Assembly: GCA_964016885.1 (NCBI GenBank)
Contig: OZ024745.1
Span: forward strand, 36,394,001 to 36,458,000
Direction of reading: 5' to 3'
Origin: Eledone cirrhosa
Lineage: Eukaryota
DNA length: 64,000 bases
A program made the position numbers and the translations under genes. The notes beneath the pieces are model-generated. The model did not search any database. It was not told where the DNA came from and saw only the letters and a list, made by a program, of their open reading frames with translations. Shown piece by piece: positions 14,266 through 26,049 of the stretch; position 1 is the stretch's first letter; each line of letters begins with the position of its first letter.

Positions 14266-15790
14266 TGGAGTCTTTTTTTTTAAATATATATATTTATTTG
14301 GTTTCTTTACCTGTTTCGCAGTTCTGCTTTTCAAAAGTAGAGTTGAGATGGGGGGTCTGTGAATTTTCTCACATCTGGTTGGTCTTTGAATGTTACTCAC
14401 ACTCAGATACAGAATAACAGTTCATCGCCAACAATTACGAGATCCAACCACGAAACAGATACAACTAAGTGTACATCTAGACATATGCGCAAGTAATAAG
14501 ACACCTAAATTCCAAGTCTTCCCATTTTACCTTTGCGCTGACAATACAACAGAACAAATACGAATAAATAAGCAAAATATGTTTATTCAAAAATATAGAC
14601 CAGCATTAAATATGGTTTAATATGCATTATGTCAACACCATAACATGCTAACCATCCAAACAGACACATACATACACACACCTATTTTAGAAAATAAAAA
14701 CCAGAACAAAATAAACCTCAACATACGTTAATACTCTAACACCTTAACATGCTAACCACACCTCCACACACAAATAACTCCCTCCCCCATTTCTACTAAC
14801 GGAATCATTTTCCTACACGCACACACAAAAATATATATATTCTCTTCATCTTAACATGCTGACCATACTTCCTCACACACATACACACACACATAACACC
14901 CACACACACACACACAACGCCCTCCCCATTTCTACTAATAGAATCGCTTTTCTACACACACACACACACAAAATATATATATTCTCTCCATCTTAACATG
15001 CTAACCATACTCCCACACACATATACACACACACACACATAACACCAATAAACACACACACACAACTCCCTCCCCCATTTCTACTAATAGAAGAATCATC
15101 TTCTACACACACACAATCACACAAATAAACATACATATCTCTACTTTCTTTATTTCAATAGAAAGTCTGAATTCTGACACCTCAGCAAACCAACCATATT
15201 CACTGAACCAGAACAATTCTCCCCATCCCATTTCTATTGAACATTATCTTTTGTTTGGCACAACATTCTCTAAAAGGCTCCAAAATAAATTCCAAAATAC
15301 GGGCGCAATTTTAATGAACTTGTTCACGTGACAGTCATAATTTCATTTATAACAAATCAAATTACATTTTTTTTAAAAAGGCTTCGTGAGCCACTTTTTT
15401 TAAGTAAAAAGAAATTCAAACACAAACTAGCGCGAAACCTGATGTGTTTATTCACGTGACTGCATCAACCAACCAAACTTCACTCATATTTGAAAAACAA
15501 CCTGATTGTTTGAAGATCTTTGTAACGCGAACTGGCGCGAAATGTATTATACTTATTCACCAACCAATCAAATTACTTCTCTAAAAACCTGGCATTTTGA
15601 GCCACTTTTTTCCATATAAAACAAGTAACATTCAAAGACAAACCAGATGTAAAAAAATCACAGACCCTCCATCTCAACTCTACTTTTGAAAATCAGAAGA
15701 ACTGCGAAACCGGTAAAGGAACCAAATAAATATATATATTTTAAAAAAAAAAGACTCCAGTTGCATTTTCGATTTCATCTTTTTTCCTTA
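14266..15790 (+). mobile_element. 5'-truncated Penelope-like element (Neptune-like) with inverted pLTR
   Basis: Inverted arms 14266-14397 / 15624-15759; GIY-YIG C-terminus; ~130-bp tandem repeats in 3' UTR (14630-15120); degenerate hammerhead 15683-15718; ~30-nt unpaired tail also seen inverted at 24114-24165. Confidence 0.8.
14390..14620 (+). pseudogene. PLE GIY-YIG endonuclease C-terminal half
   Basis: LRYRITVHRQQLRDP..LSVHLDIC..FQVFPFY..RINKQNMFIQKYRPALN matches the R-H...E..FI...P.LN pattern of PLE endonucleases. Confidence 0.75.
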
Positions 15791-15974
15791 TACTTTTACT
15801 CGTGTAGGAGACCTCGGTTATTTTTCATTTTGTAAAAAAAACCTCACTTTCTAATATATATATAAAGAAAGAGGGGTGTATATGTATGTACATATATATA
15901 TATACTGGATGGGTACATGGGAACAACGCTTTTGATAAAAGTATACCTAAACATAATAGGAAAGGTTCTTACTC

Positions 15975-16465
15975 ATCACCTGGTTATTGATAAGACAGTT
16001 TTGATTCATTGTAAGAAACGTCACACAAACACAACTATGGCATGGATTGACTTTAAAAAGGCATACGATATGATGCCCAATTGTTGGCTTCGTGAATGCC
16101 TGCGGAGATTTGGTATTACTGATAACAGCACAAGGTTTATGCGGAATAGTATGCCAGAGTAGAAAACCAAGTTGTACTCTGGCAACGTTTTTCTAGGAGA
16201 ATTAGAAATCAAGAATTATCTCCAAAGATGACTCCTTCTCATCCTTACTATTTGTATAGCACTGATACCTATAACACTCACACTCAGAAAAATAAGGGTG
16301 AGCTACCAATTTGGAAAGCAGGGGCCATTCATAAACCACCTTCTGTTATTTGGATGATCTGAAACTGTTTGGGAAGTCTTAAATCAAATAGACGAATTGG
16401 TTAAAACAGTTTAGATATGTAACAGTGACATCGGTATGGAATTTGGTATTTCCAAATGCTCTGAA
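15975..16465 (+). pseudogene. Reverse transcriptase fragment of an R4/Dong-type non-LTR retrotransposon
   Basis: AWIDFKKAYDMMPNCW, then frameshifted (Q)DDSFSSLLF, INHLL, YLDDLKLFGK, DIGMEFGISKC motifs. Confidence 0.85.
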
Positions 16466-16669
16466 CAGGTAAATTAATCAGGACTAAGAATATTATTTTA
16501 GATATAGACATCGAAATTAAAGAACTAACCCACAATTATCTATTGATTACTAATCGAGGCTCGGAATAAAAAGTGATTGAAACCAGTCTTTCCTTGATAA
16601 CTGGAACTTCAAATGTATGAATCCATTTTTTATTTGAATACGTAAATCTAACTTATAAGATGAGGAGAT

Positions 16670-17060
16670 ATTCTTTGTATATCATAGAGATTGCTGAAAT
16701 GAGGTGGGTAAAATAATTTATGGTTTAGAGTAAGGGTAGGTGTATAAAAGACATGTAGATTTCATACTGCATAAAAATACTTTCAAGCTAAATATTTTTC
16801 GCGCGCCTATTTCTTACAGAATATACATAATATGACTGTCAGTGAAGGTATAACATATCCTAATAATTCAACTTTATGCTTCAACCAGCGATAACTATAA
16901 AGAAGTGGAAAAATTCTAGCATGATCTAAAGAAAAGATTATTGGCGAACAAAGCAAAACAGACATACCTATAGTTGAAAGAGACTAAAATGCAAAGATTG
17001 GATCAGCTGCTCATGATACCAAAGGAAGAAGAGTTGATCAATAGAGCTTGGAAATAATAA
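16670..17060 (+). pseudogene. RTE LINE AP-endonuclease fragment
   Basis: IAEMRW, ILIIQLYASTSDNYKEVEKF, and ERD*NAKIG (GDFNAKIG motif). Confidence 0.65.
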
Positions 17061-17099
17061 CATCTTTGTTATAAGATTATGAAAATTTACAAAACAGCA

Positions 17100-17400
17100 C
17101 GAACTGATTATAACACATGTAAACAGCGGGTCCATCTCGCATATGTTTGCGGCAATTCTCCTCCAGCGTTTTCAATCGTTTGTCTGCTCTTCTATATTTT
17201 CACAATGCCCGTTGACAGCCTTTATCTCCTCCTCGAAAATGGATTGACGATTTGTGGCTCGATGTCTTCTCCGTCTCCCCCCATTTTGTGTTGATGTCCA
17301 TCTCAAAAATACTTCGACTTTCAAGAACCATGTTACGGCATTCATCAGAAGGAATGTGTAGTAATTAGCTCGATTTTCACCTTGTACACGCAATAAATAA
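17100..17400 (-). pseudogene. RTE LINE C-terminal fragment
   Basis: FLRWTSTQNGGRRRRHRATNR..EEEIKA...ND*KRWRRIAANIC fits the W.P..G.R.RGRP..W...DR..WR tail of RTE. Confidence 0.6.
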
Positions 17401-17479
17401 CAATCAAATTTAAACGGGAAATGTTCCAGATGGATATATATACAGCGGTCATGGACTGTTAACATTGGTTTCTAAATTA

Positions 17480-17680
17480 AGCACAAGACCAAAAATTTGG
17501 GGAGATATGAAAGTCGATTTGGATATTGGACCCAGAACTCAACTGGCAATTTTAGTTTATCGAGTCTCGAAGGATGAACAGCAAAGATAATATCAACTGG
17601 ATTTGAACTCAGAATGCAGGGAATCGGAACGAATGCCGCCACGCTTTCTATCCGTAACCCTAACAAATCTGCCAATTCCC
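17480..17680 (-). mobile_element. Degenerate main tRNA SINE
   Basis: GGATTTGAACTCAG, TTTATCGA..CGAAGGATGAA motifs. Confidence 0.7.
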
Positions 17681-17984
17681 TGTATGTAATAAATAAATAA
17701 CGGTTAGGTAATAGTTACAATAAAAAAAATAGGTCTAAATCAGTTAAGTGTTAAAATGCAACATAATTGTAAGAAGCTTATATGCATGGTGATAACCACA
17801 GAATTTTGAATATAAAGGAAAGATGTAATGTTAATATGTGTGTATGGACCAGTAACACTTGAAATAGTTTCTCGGGGTATTTCTTTTAAATCTGGCGGAA
17901 AACATCTCCTCTCCCGGTCTGAATGCAGCAGATTGCTTCCAGGGAAGGATAGAGAGTGGCATATAAGAAATAGATATAGAGGAA

Positions 17985-18120
17985 GAATCGACCGCATTAC
18001 TAGATTGATACGTTTTAATCGACCTTAAATGGATGAAAGTCAAAGTTGACTTCGGCGAGATTTGAATTCAAAGACCAAAGGTCAGAACGAATACTGCAAA
18101 ACATTTTATCCAACGTTTTA
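17985..18120 (-). mobile_element. Degenerate main tRNA SINE
   Basis: GGATGAAAGTCAAAGTTGACTTCGGCGAGATTTGAATTC. Confidence 0.7.
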
Positions 18121-18414
18121 ATATTGAAAGCGAATTTTCAATAGGAAACAGAAGCCTTCGACGAAACAAAACAAAAACCACAGTATTTTGGGTAAAAGGA
18201 AATAAGTTCGGAATCAGTGGATTAAACAAAATATATTCAGAAAAGAAAGAATGTCTGAAACATAAATACCATGTGTGCGCTTATGTGTGAGTGTATGTGT
18301 GTGAGATAGAGAGAGAGAGTGTGTGTGTGTGAGTGTGTGTGAGTATGTGAGTATGTGTGTGTGTGTATGTGTGTATGTTTGGGAGCGTGTGTGTGTATGT
18401 GTGTGTAATTCAGT

Positions 18415-18810
18415 GACAAGTTGTTGAAGATAAAAATGCCAAACCTACTAACCAAAGCAAATGAAGTAACTGAGAGATGAAAACAACACTCTGAGGAACA
18501 TAACAGCTACAAAGTAGAGGCAGATATTGACGTGCTGAAATTCGTTTTATGTTACAGCAGAAGCCAGCAATCGATTCCGTACACGTGACATAAGCCATTA
18601 GGAATCTAAGCTGGAATAAATCACCTGGAACAGATAAGATAAACGCAGACGTGTAAAACATGGACGGCAATACGTCGTTTTGGAGTATTGTTTTACGTAC
18701 AGGAAAATGACCATTAAATAGAAAGAATCAAATAGTATAATACTGCCAAAAATAGAAACACCTAAAAGCACAAATCCCACTGTCCACTTAACTCAAGCAG
18801 TGGAATAGAA
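18415..18810 (+). pseudogene. RTE LINE EN-RT linker / RT start, probably the same element as 16670-17060
   Basis: VEDKN.., LLTKANEVTER*KQHSEE, AIRNLSWNKSPGTDKINAD, SIILPK motifs with stops and frameshifts. Confidence 0.7.
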
Positions 18811-19069
18811 GTTATGAGAAGAGGGAAAAAGAGAAATTAAACCTTTTCGCAATAATTCATCGGAGTGAAATAAGATGCCATGCGAGGATAACTCAAAAGA
18901 TATTAGCCAAAAAGAAATGAAGAAATATTATCAAGGCAGGTGAGCATAGTGATGGGTGGGAAAATATTTAATGCCAGAAAAAAAAAAGAGAGGACAAAGA
19001 AATTTAAATAAAAGTTCGACGGTAACAGTTACGAAATGAAACGCTGTAAGGTTACCTTCAATTGACTCC

Positions 19070-19132
19070 CTGTCCGGATCTAGCTGTCGAAACGGACGGA
19101 GCTCAGCCGTCGAGGTCCTGACTCTTTTCCTA
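19070..19132 (+). mobile_element. Fragment of the short fold-back family (see 21461, 29300, 57313)
   Basis: TAGCTGTCGAAACGG..GAGCTCAGCCGTCGAGGTCCTGACTCTTTTCCT. Confidence 0.65.
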
Positions 19133-19153
19133 TATACACACACACACACACAC

Positions 19154-19230
<77 letters not shown>

Positions 19231-19276
19231 AAGAGAGAGAGATTACAATAATCAAAGTTCAGTTTAAATCATTGAT

Positions 19277-19325
19277 TTGCTTACAATTGTTTCCTCCAGA
19301 CCGAGGTTTGGATTCTTCGGAGCAA
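19277..19325 (-). ncRNA. Type-I hammerhead, CCGAAGA core variant (left arm)
   Basis: TTGCT-CCGAAGA-A-TCCAAACC TC GGTCTGGA-G-GAAAC AATT GTA-AGCAA. Confidence 0.7.
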
Positions 19326-21096
19326 CTATTTAGTGATCTATAACATACTTGACCTCCTTTTCAACACAAGAGACATATAAAAACATATGCATATATTGAC
19401 CCACAGTGGGATGACATCCATCATACTGATATAGCATGGCAATTTACATATAAAGGTTAAAGGATAAAAATAAAAATAAAAATAAAAATAAAAATAAAAA
19501 TAAAAATAAAAATAAAAATAAAAATAAAATAAAAAATAAAAAAATAAATAAAAAAAAAATAAAAAAAAAAATAATAAAAAAAAAATAAAAAAAAAAATAA
19601 ATAAATAAATAAAAATAAAAATAAAACATTGGCAGTTTATGAAGATAAAGCAAGAGGAAAGTTTAGAGTAGTCAGTGTATGAAACAATCTCACGTGTAGC
19701 ATGCACGCGTGTCTTATTTATACAGGATTAGAGTGCGGCAGATTGTTACTTGTAGGATCAGGCAATCAATAGTATTATGTGGGCCGTATTGTTAAATCAT
19801 TTTTTCGCATACACCTGTATGATATACAATCCCGAATGTAGAGAAACACCAAAATATCAAAAATATCAAACATATTATAAAACATATTATAACATAGGCA
19901 AGAGTCAGACCTCCAAATCAATGTTCTTACAAAAAACATTGATTTGGAGGTCTGACTCTTCTTATAGAATGTTCAGGTGTGACACTCCTTAATAGAAGGT
20001 AATCATCCTGATATGTACACCTTTAGTACTTCTTAATAGACTACACTGTAACCTATAGATAAGTAACCTAATCTAGAAATTAGTTATAACATCATATGAT
20101 AGGGACTTATTTGAAACACCATTAATGTAATTTTAGGATAATAAATTTAACTATAAAAATCAGCTAGTTTCCTCCCCTTACGCATTAACTCCCCTTGGTC
20201 ACACACACACTTCTGGAATATAATGTCATCTCACAAAACTAAACAACATGATCTATTAATTAAGAATCGACAAGATATGGTTTATAACTTGGTTCTATGC
20301 TGAATCATCGTGGATTGTGTGATAGACCTGTAGTCTATATATTGTGTTTCATGGATTATGTGAGTGGTGGTGTGTGCGAAGACAGTGGTGCTGTTTTGCC
20401 TATGTTAAAATATGTTTTATAATATGTTTGATATTTTTGATATTTTGGTGTTTCTCTACATTCGGGATTGTATATCATACAGGTGTATGCGAAAAAATGA
20501 TTTAACAATACAGCCCACATAATACTATTGATTGCCTGCTTTAACTGCCTGATCCTACAAGTAACAATCTGCCGCACTCTAATCCAGTATAAATAAGACA
20601 CGCGTGCATGCTACACGTGAGATTGTTTCATACACTGACTACTCTAAACTTTCCTCTTGCTTTATCTTCATAAACTGCCAATGTTTTATTTTTATTTTTA
20701 TTTTTATTTTTATTTTTAATTTTTATTTTTATTTTTATTTTTATTTTTATTTTTATTTTTATTTTTATTTTTATTTTTATTTTTATTTTTATTTTTATTT
20801 TTATTTTTATTTTTATTTTTATTTTTATTTTTATTTTTATTTTTATTTTTATTTTTATTTTTATTTTTATTTTTATTTTTATTTTTATTTTTATTTTTAT
20901 TTTTATTTTTATTTTTATTTTTATTTTTATTTTTATTTTTATTTTTATTTTTATTTTTATTTTTATTTTTATATGTAAATTGCCATGCTATATCAGTATG
21001 ATGGATGTCATCCCACTTTGGGTCAATATATGCATATGTTTTTATATGTCTCTTGTGTTGAAAAGGAGGTCAAGTATGTTATAGATCACTAAATAG

Positions 21097-21145
21097 TTGC
21101 TCCGAAGAATCCAAACCTCGGTTTGGAGGAAACAATTGTAAGCAA
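21097..21145 (+). ncRNA. Type-I hammerhead, CCGAAGA core variant (right arm)
   Basis: Stem I TTGCT/AGCAA, 8-bp stem II TCCAAACC/GGTTTGGA, palindromic stem III ACAATTGT, GUA triplet. Confidence 0.75.
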
Positions 21146-21350
21146 ATAAATGATTTAAACTGAACTTTGATTATTGTAATCTCTATATAACTGCTCTGTA
21201 AAACAAACGATGTTATTACATTGAGCTATTTATCTTACTGGTAATAAGATAGTAATGAATGACTATCTTTCACTATTTGGGGTTTGTATATAAAAATATA
21301 TAACCATAAAAGGTTTTTATTATATGCATAACCATAAATAGTATCCTTAA

Positions 21351-21460
<110 letters not shown>

Positions 21461-21622
21461 AGGAAAGGGTATGAGCCAGACAGCAGAGCTGAGGCCCTTT
21501 CGACGGCTATTTATGGACTACCGTCGGGGTCATAACTTTTCCTATTTCCCACTGTTCTACCCTAAGTATTGAGTACTCTGGTGCGTTATGGTCCATCTGG
21601 TTCGTTACCACAATTCCTTTGT
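21461..21622 (+). mobile_element. Short fold-back family copy between (TA)n tracts
   Basis: Shares the CCCTAAGTATTGAGTACT..GGTGCGTTATGGTCCA tail with 57313-57508 and (inverted) 29300-29525. Confidence 0.7.
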
Positions 21623-21653
<31 letters not shown>

Positions 21654-21887
21654 GACGTAAAATAAGAAAATTATAAAAATTAACTCCAACTAATTAGTTT
21701 CTGAAACTAATTATTTGGAGTGAAATTTTAGTAAGTAAGTTAATTTTTATAAATTTCTTATGTTAAGTCTTTCATATAATTGTTCTGCATCCCCTTGCAT
21801 TGAACCACAAAGTTACTAAGACAAAACCTATATATTTGCTAGCATAGGTATGCATCTGTATATATATGTTGGTAGATATACTAATTT

Positions 21888-21933
<46 letters not shown>

Positions 21934-22759
21934 TGTGAGTGTGTGTGTGTGAGAGTGTAGTTATCTAAATATTCACATCTCAAACTGTTTATATTTTTTC
22001 AATTTATCACTATACTCTCTTCCTCTCACCCTCTCTCTCATCCTATATATATGTATACACACATATGTTTGATAAATGCATATATATCAGTGCGCGTATG
22101 TGTGTATTTGCGTATATCGATGCATGTCCAAGTGTATAAATGTATATGCGTATAAGTGTGGTAGTGTTCAGATAGTTATTCGCCTGAATATACGATGAAG
22201 TACTCCAGAGCTACGCCTGTCGGCTACCCAGAATTTACGTATATTTTGAAATTATTTTGTAAATATATATTGGAATGTAAATTGAAAAGAAGTTGGAGTT
22301 GGCTTTATCAATAATGAGATTAATATACGGAGAATTAAAAACAGTGTTGTGATAAGTAGCGAAGGGATATAGAAATGGGGAAATAAGTATTTTAGCGTAT
22401 TTTAACAAAACAGCGTGGCCTAATTTTAAATTTTGGTATTTAATTTGTTTAAATAAATAATTATGAAAAGTGAAATTGTTTATTTCATTTGTAGCGATAT
22501 TTCAATCAGAATTAAGTTATTGATTCTGACGAATCTGTGAATAAGTTTAACCTGAAAATAATTGTACAGGAAAATATGTGTAGACTACATGTGGGGTAGA
22601 GAAGAGGGTGAAGTGCCTGTTTGTTTGCTGAGGTATTGGCAGTAATCTCAGAGACAGAAGAATCGAAATTTTTAGGGTGTAGTAACAATATTTCTTTTTC
22701 TTACCATGTGTTTTCTTTCTCATGCAATAATTATATTAAAATTATTAATATAATATGCC

Positions 22760-22859
<100 letters not shown>

Positions 22860-22920
22860 CAGTTTAGTAGTCAGTTACAAATATTAAGCTCTAAGAAAAT
22901 ACTTCTGAGCATTACATTAC

Positions 22921-23023
22921 AATTTAAAAAAATATGATCAACACTAATGTGTTTTTTTTTTTGCAAAATTATTGTCATTTTGAAAAAAAAACCACATCAG
23001 TGTTGATCATATTTTTTTAAATT
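22921..23023. repeat. ~100-bp hairpin / short fold-back
   Basis: AATTTAAAAAAATATGATCAACACT(A)ATGTG vs CACAT(C)AGTGTTGATCATATTTTTTTAAATT. Confidence 0.8.
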
Positions 23024-23097
23024 ATATATATATATATATATATTTATTAAAATAGCAGATTAAAGTTTAAGCAAAGAATCGCTGCTTATTTATCACT

Positions 23098-23189
<92 letters not shown>

Positions 23190-23254
23190 ATTTAAAGACT
23201 AAAATCCAAAGAGGGCTCGATAAGGATAAATATATATCAAATATATAAGAACCC

Positions 23255-23596
23255 TCTGGATGTCGGTGAGCATGTCCAGCTAACCTCAGTCTCCTCTGTG
23301 TCACTTTTGAGCTGACTTTTGGAATGCTCCCATACAGCTCTGAGTTTTTCAACCTCAGTGTATACTGATTAATGTTCAGAGCCATCCTCAGCATTCTCGT
23401 GTAGCACCCATCCACCTCCTTTGGGAGCTCCAACATGGACACACTAGAAGAGGAAGACCAAGGTTAACGTATGTTGATGCCCTAAGGACAGACACTGGTC
23501 TGTTGGAGACGCAGGACATGGCAGCGATAATGAGGGACAGAGACCGCTGGAGAGAACTCGTCCATGGATCTCGGGAATTTTACCCGCCTTAGAAAA
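23255..23596 (+). mobile_element. RTE LINE 3' end with 5' inversion and 12-bp TSD
   Basis: Minus part ..DGCYTRMLRMALN..RRLRLAGHAHRHPE (23255-~23430); plus part QHGHTRRGRPRLTYVDAL..DRDRWRELV..PP* (23431-23592); TSD ATATAAGAACCC at 23243-23254 and 23597-23608. Confidence 0.9.
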
Positions 23597-23640
23597 ATAT
23601 AAGAACCCGTGAGCAAATATTTATTAAAATAACAGATTAA

Positions 23641-23691
23641 AGTTTAAGCAAAGAATCGCTGCTTTCACCCTTAACGGGATCTTCTGAAACT
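23641..23691 (-). ncRNA. Type-I hammerhead-like RNA, CAGAAGA core
   Basis: AGTTT-CAGAAGA-T-CCC GTTAA GGG-T-GAAAGCAG CGATTCT TTGCT-T-AAACT: stems I, II and III all pair. Confidence 0.6.
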
Positions 23692-23851
23692 AAAAATATC
23701 GATCTCTGAACGCAGAAGTAAATATTTCGAAAAACATACTACCTTCGCTTTTTTCCGTTCATTCACGAACCAAAGTATTATCTTCTTGTTTTCCTTCGGT
23801 TGCAACGTTTTTCGAAATATTTACTTCTGCGTTGACAGATTGATTTTTTCA

Positions 23852-23899
23852 GTTTCAGAAGATCCGTTAAGGGTGAAAGCACCGATTCTTTGCTTAAAC
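23852..23899 (+). ncRNA. Type-I hammerhead-like RNA, CAGAAGA core (inverted arm)
   Basis: GTTT/AAAC stem I, AGCA/TGCT stem III, short stem II. Confidence 0.55.
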
Positions 23900-23911
23900 G
23901 TTAATCTGTTG

Positions 23912-24005
<94 letters not shown>

Positions 24006-24049
24006 CAACAGATTAACGTTTAAGCAAGGAATCGGTGCTTTCACCCTTA

Positions 24050-24117
<68 letters not shown>

Positions 24118-24355
24118 AAAAAAGATGAAATCGAAAATGCAACTGGAATCGTTTTTTAAAATATATATATATATACATATATATAATTATGTAATAAACA
24201 ACATAAGATAATTATTTCATTTACCAGTGGTTTCTTTGAGGCAGCTATTTATATCTGTCTTCAGTCGTTTATGTTCTTTATTACATAACTAATAAGCTCT
24301 GTAGCCTACATAGAGCACTCGCTTTCCTGTACCTTTCATACGGAAATACTTCATT

Positions 24356-24515
<160 letters not shown>

Positions 24516-24524
24516 CGTGCGCGT

Positions 24525-24730
24525 GTAAAAGCTAAACAGAAATAACAACACAATCGGTACAGTATATGGAAGCGATATATTACGTTAAGGCTTGATATAG
24601 CAGGAAGAGGATCTTACCGTTTCGGACGCTAGTCCTTCATCAGAAGAAAGAATGGAAAATAAGATAGATTGAGGGGACGGGTAGGTTTTTATTGGAAAAA
24701 ATGTCTTTAGATAAAAAATAACAGGTCCAT
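24525..24730 (-). mobile_element. PLE-type pLTR fragment containing a hammerhead; truncated relative at 52355-52448
   Basis: Shared AGAAATAACAA..CAATCGG.ACAGTAT..GCTTGATATA..ATCTTACCG; abuts (GT)n. Confidence 0.65.
24612..24647 (-). ncRNA. Minimal type-I hammerhead ribozyme
   Basis: CTGATGA-A-GGAC TAGC GTCC-GAAAC-G-GTA-AGA; canonical core, stem I weak in this copy. Confidence 0.75.
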
Positions 24731-25069
24731 TCATGTTGACATCTCTTGCATATATATATATATTAATATTTATATATATATTATATTTTATATATATAAT
24801 ATTTTATTTTCAGAAGATGGCATTAAAATGTCAGATTAAGATAAGGTACCTTTGTTGTACACTTATTCAATTCATAGCCGCACATATACTTTTGATCTAT
24901 CGTTGGCGGTTTCAACGATGTGTGTTCCAGTAGTTTGATCAACGGCACAGTCTTCTTGTCAAACTTACGTGTACGTGGCTGAGTATAAGAAAGATACATG
25001 TGCCCATACATAATTTTCAGGAAGATTCACCTTACCACAGGGTGTGACATGGTACGGTCACTGTCTTTC

Positions 25070-25200
25070 GCAGTGGTTGACAGCATCCAATTTCACTAAC
25101 AAGGTTTAGTTAGACCCGAGGCTATGGTAACTGACACTTGCCTATGCTACCCACAGTGGGATTGAACACGGTATTCTATTATTGTAAATTGAATTTCTTC
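25070..25200 (-). mobile_element. Degenerate SINE (second family); related copy at ~55160-55290
   Basis: AATTTCACT..CCGAG.CTATG..ACACTTGC..CACAG.GGGAT..AACAC shared between copies. Confidence 0.6.
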
Positions 25201-25561
25201 TATTTGTGTCGGGGTGTAATCAGGTGATGTGTTGGAAGTACATAAAGTCTAAAAAATAATTAAATATGTGACTATAAAATTTGAAGCTGATTGATAAAAA
25301 CAAATTAGTAATTATTGGTAATAAATGTGTATAACATATAGTGTTTAGAATAGGCTTTAGTTGAAAATGGAAGATATTAATTGTCGGTAACTAATCGGTA
25401 ATGGACTTTCTAGGGATTATTCAGAAAATGTTGAGGCCATTCCGTTCAATTTTTATTTAGGAGTATTTTTGTATAAATAATTATTTCTTTCTCAAACATT
25501 TAACTGGAGTTGATTCAATATGGCCTTAAGTATTAAAAATCTATTTTCCTCTGGGTATAAA

Positions 25562-25690
25562 AGGCATGATTATCGGTTAGGGTGCTGAACTCATGAACCC
25601 CAGCATGGGTTCAATTCAATGAACATGTGCGACGTTCTGTTATTGAGGGAAAACGTTTCATTTCACTTTGCTCCAGTTTATTCAACTAGT
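25562..25690 (+). mobile_element. Degenerate CORE-type SINE
   Basis: GGTTAGGGTG..GGGTTCAATTC..TTTCATTTCACTTTGCTCCAGT. Confidence 0.55.
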
Positions 25691-26049
25691 AATGATGAAA
25701 TGGTGTTGTGCCTAGTCGTTTAATCCTTTTCGCTTAACGACAATGAAAGAAATAGTCTCACACCAGATGAATCCTTTGGCTTGGAACAGACTTAATCTTT
25801 TCTTAACAGTAAAGGAAAGTAGCCTATTCTGACAGTAAAACTATGTTGCACTAATTTTTCCAGCTGATACTATCAGCATGTTGCAATCCCTTAAGTAGCG
25901 TCGGCGATATTTGACCTCAGAACGTAGATATCCAGAGCAGATACGAGGTTTTTATTCCAATTGTCTAACAACACTGCAAGGTCTGCATATTTTTCTGAGG
26001 ATATAATTTTTCTAGAAAATATTGTTTTAAAAGGAATTGTATAAAGAAA

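Larger units (their letters stand above)
23041..24056 (-). mobile_element. Cluster of PLE-type pLTR pieces (CAGAAGA-hammerhead family) in alternating orientation
   Basis: Inverted arms ~23622-23735 / 23807-23918; extra partial copies at 23041-23086 and 24001-24056; same family at 44300-44575 and 50900-50990. Confidence 0.75.

Noticed and set aside
14266-15759. MITE/DNA-transposon reading of the long inverted repeats (also 19.2, 48.1, 51.0 kb)
   Set aside because: Arms are asymmetric with a one-sided tail, lack evident TSDs, and contain or flank hammerheads and PLE endonuclease sequence.
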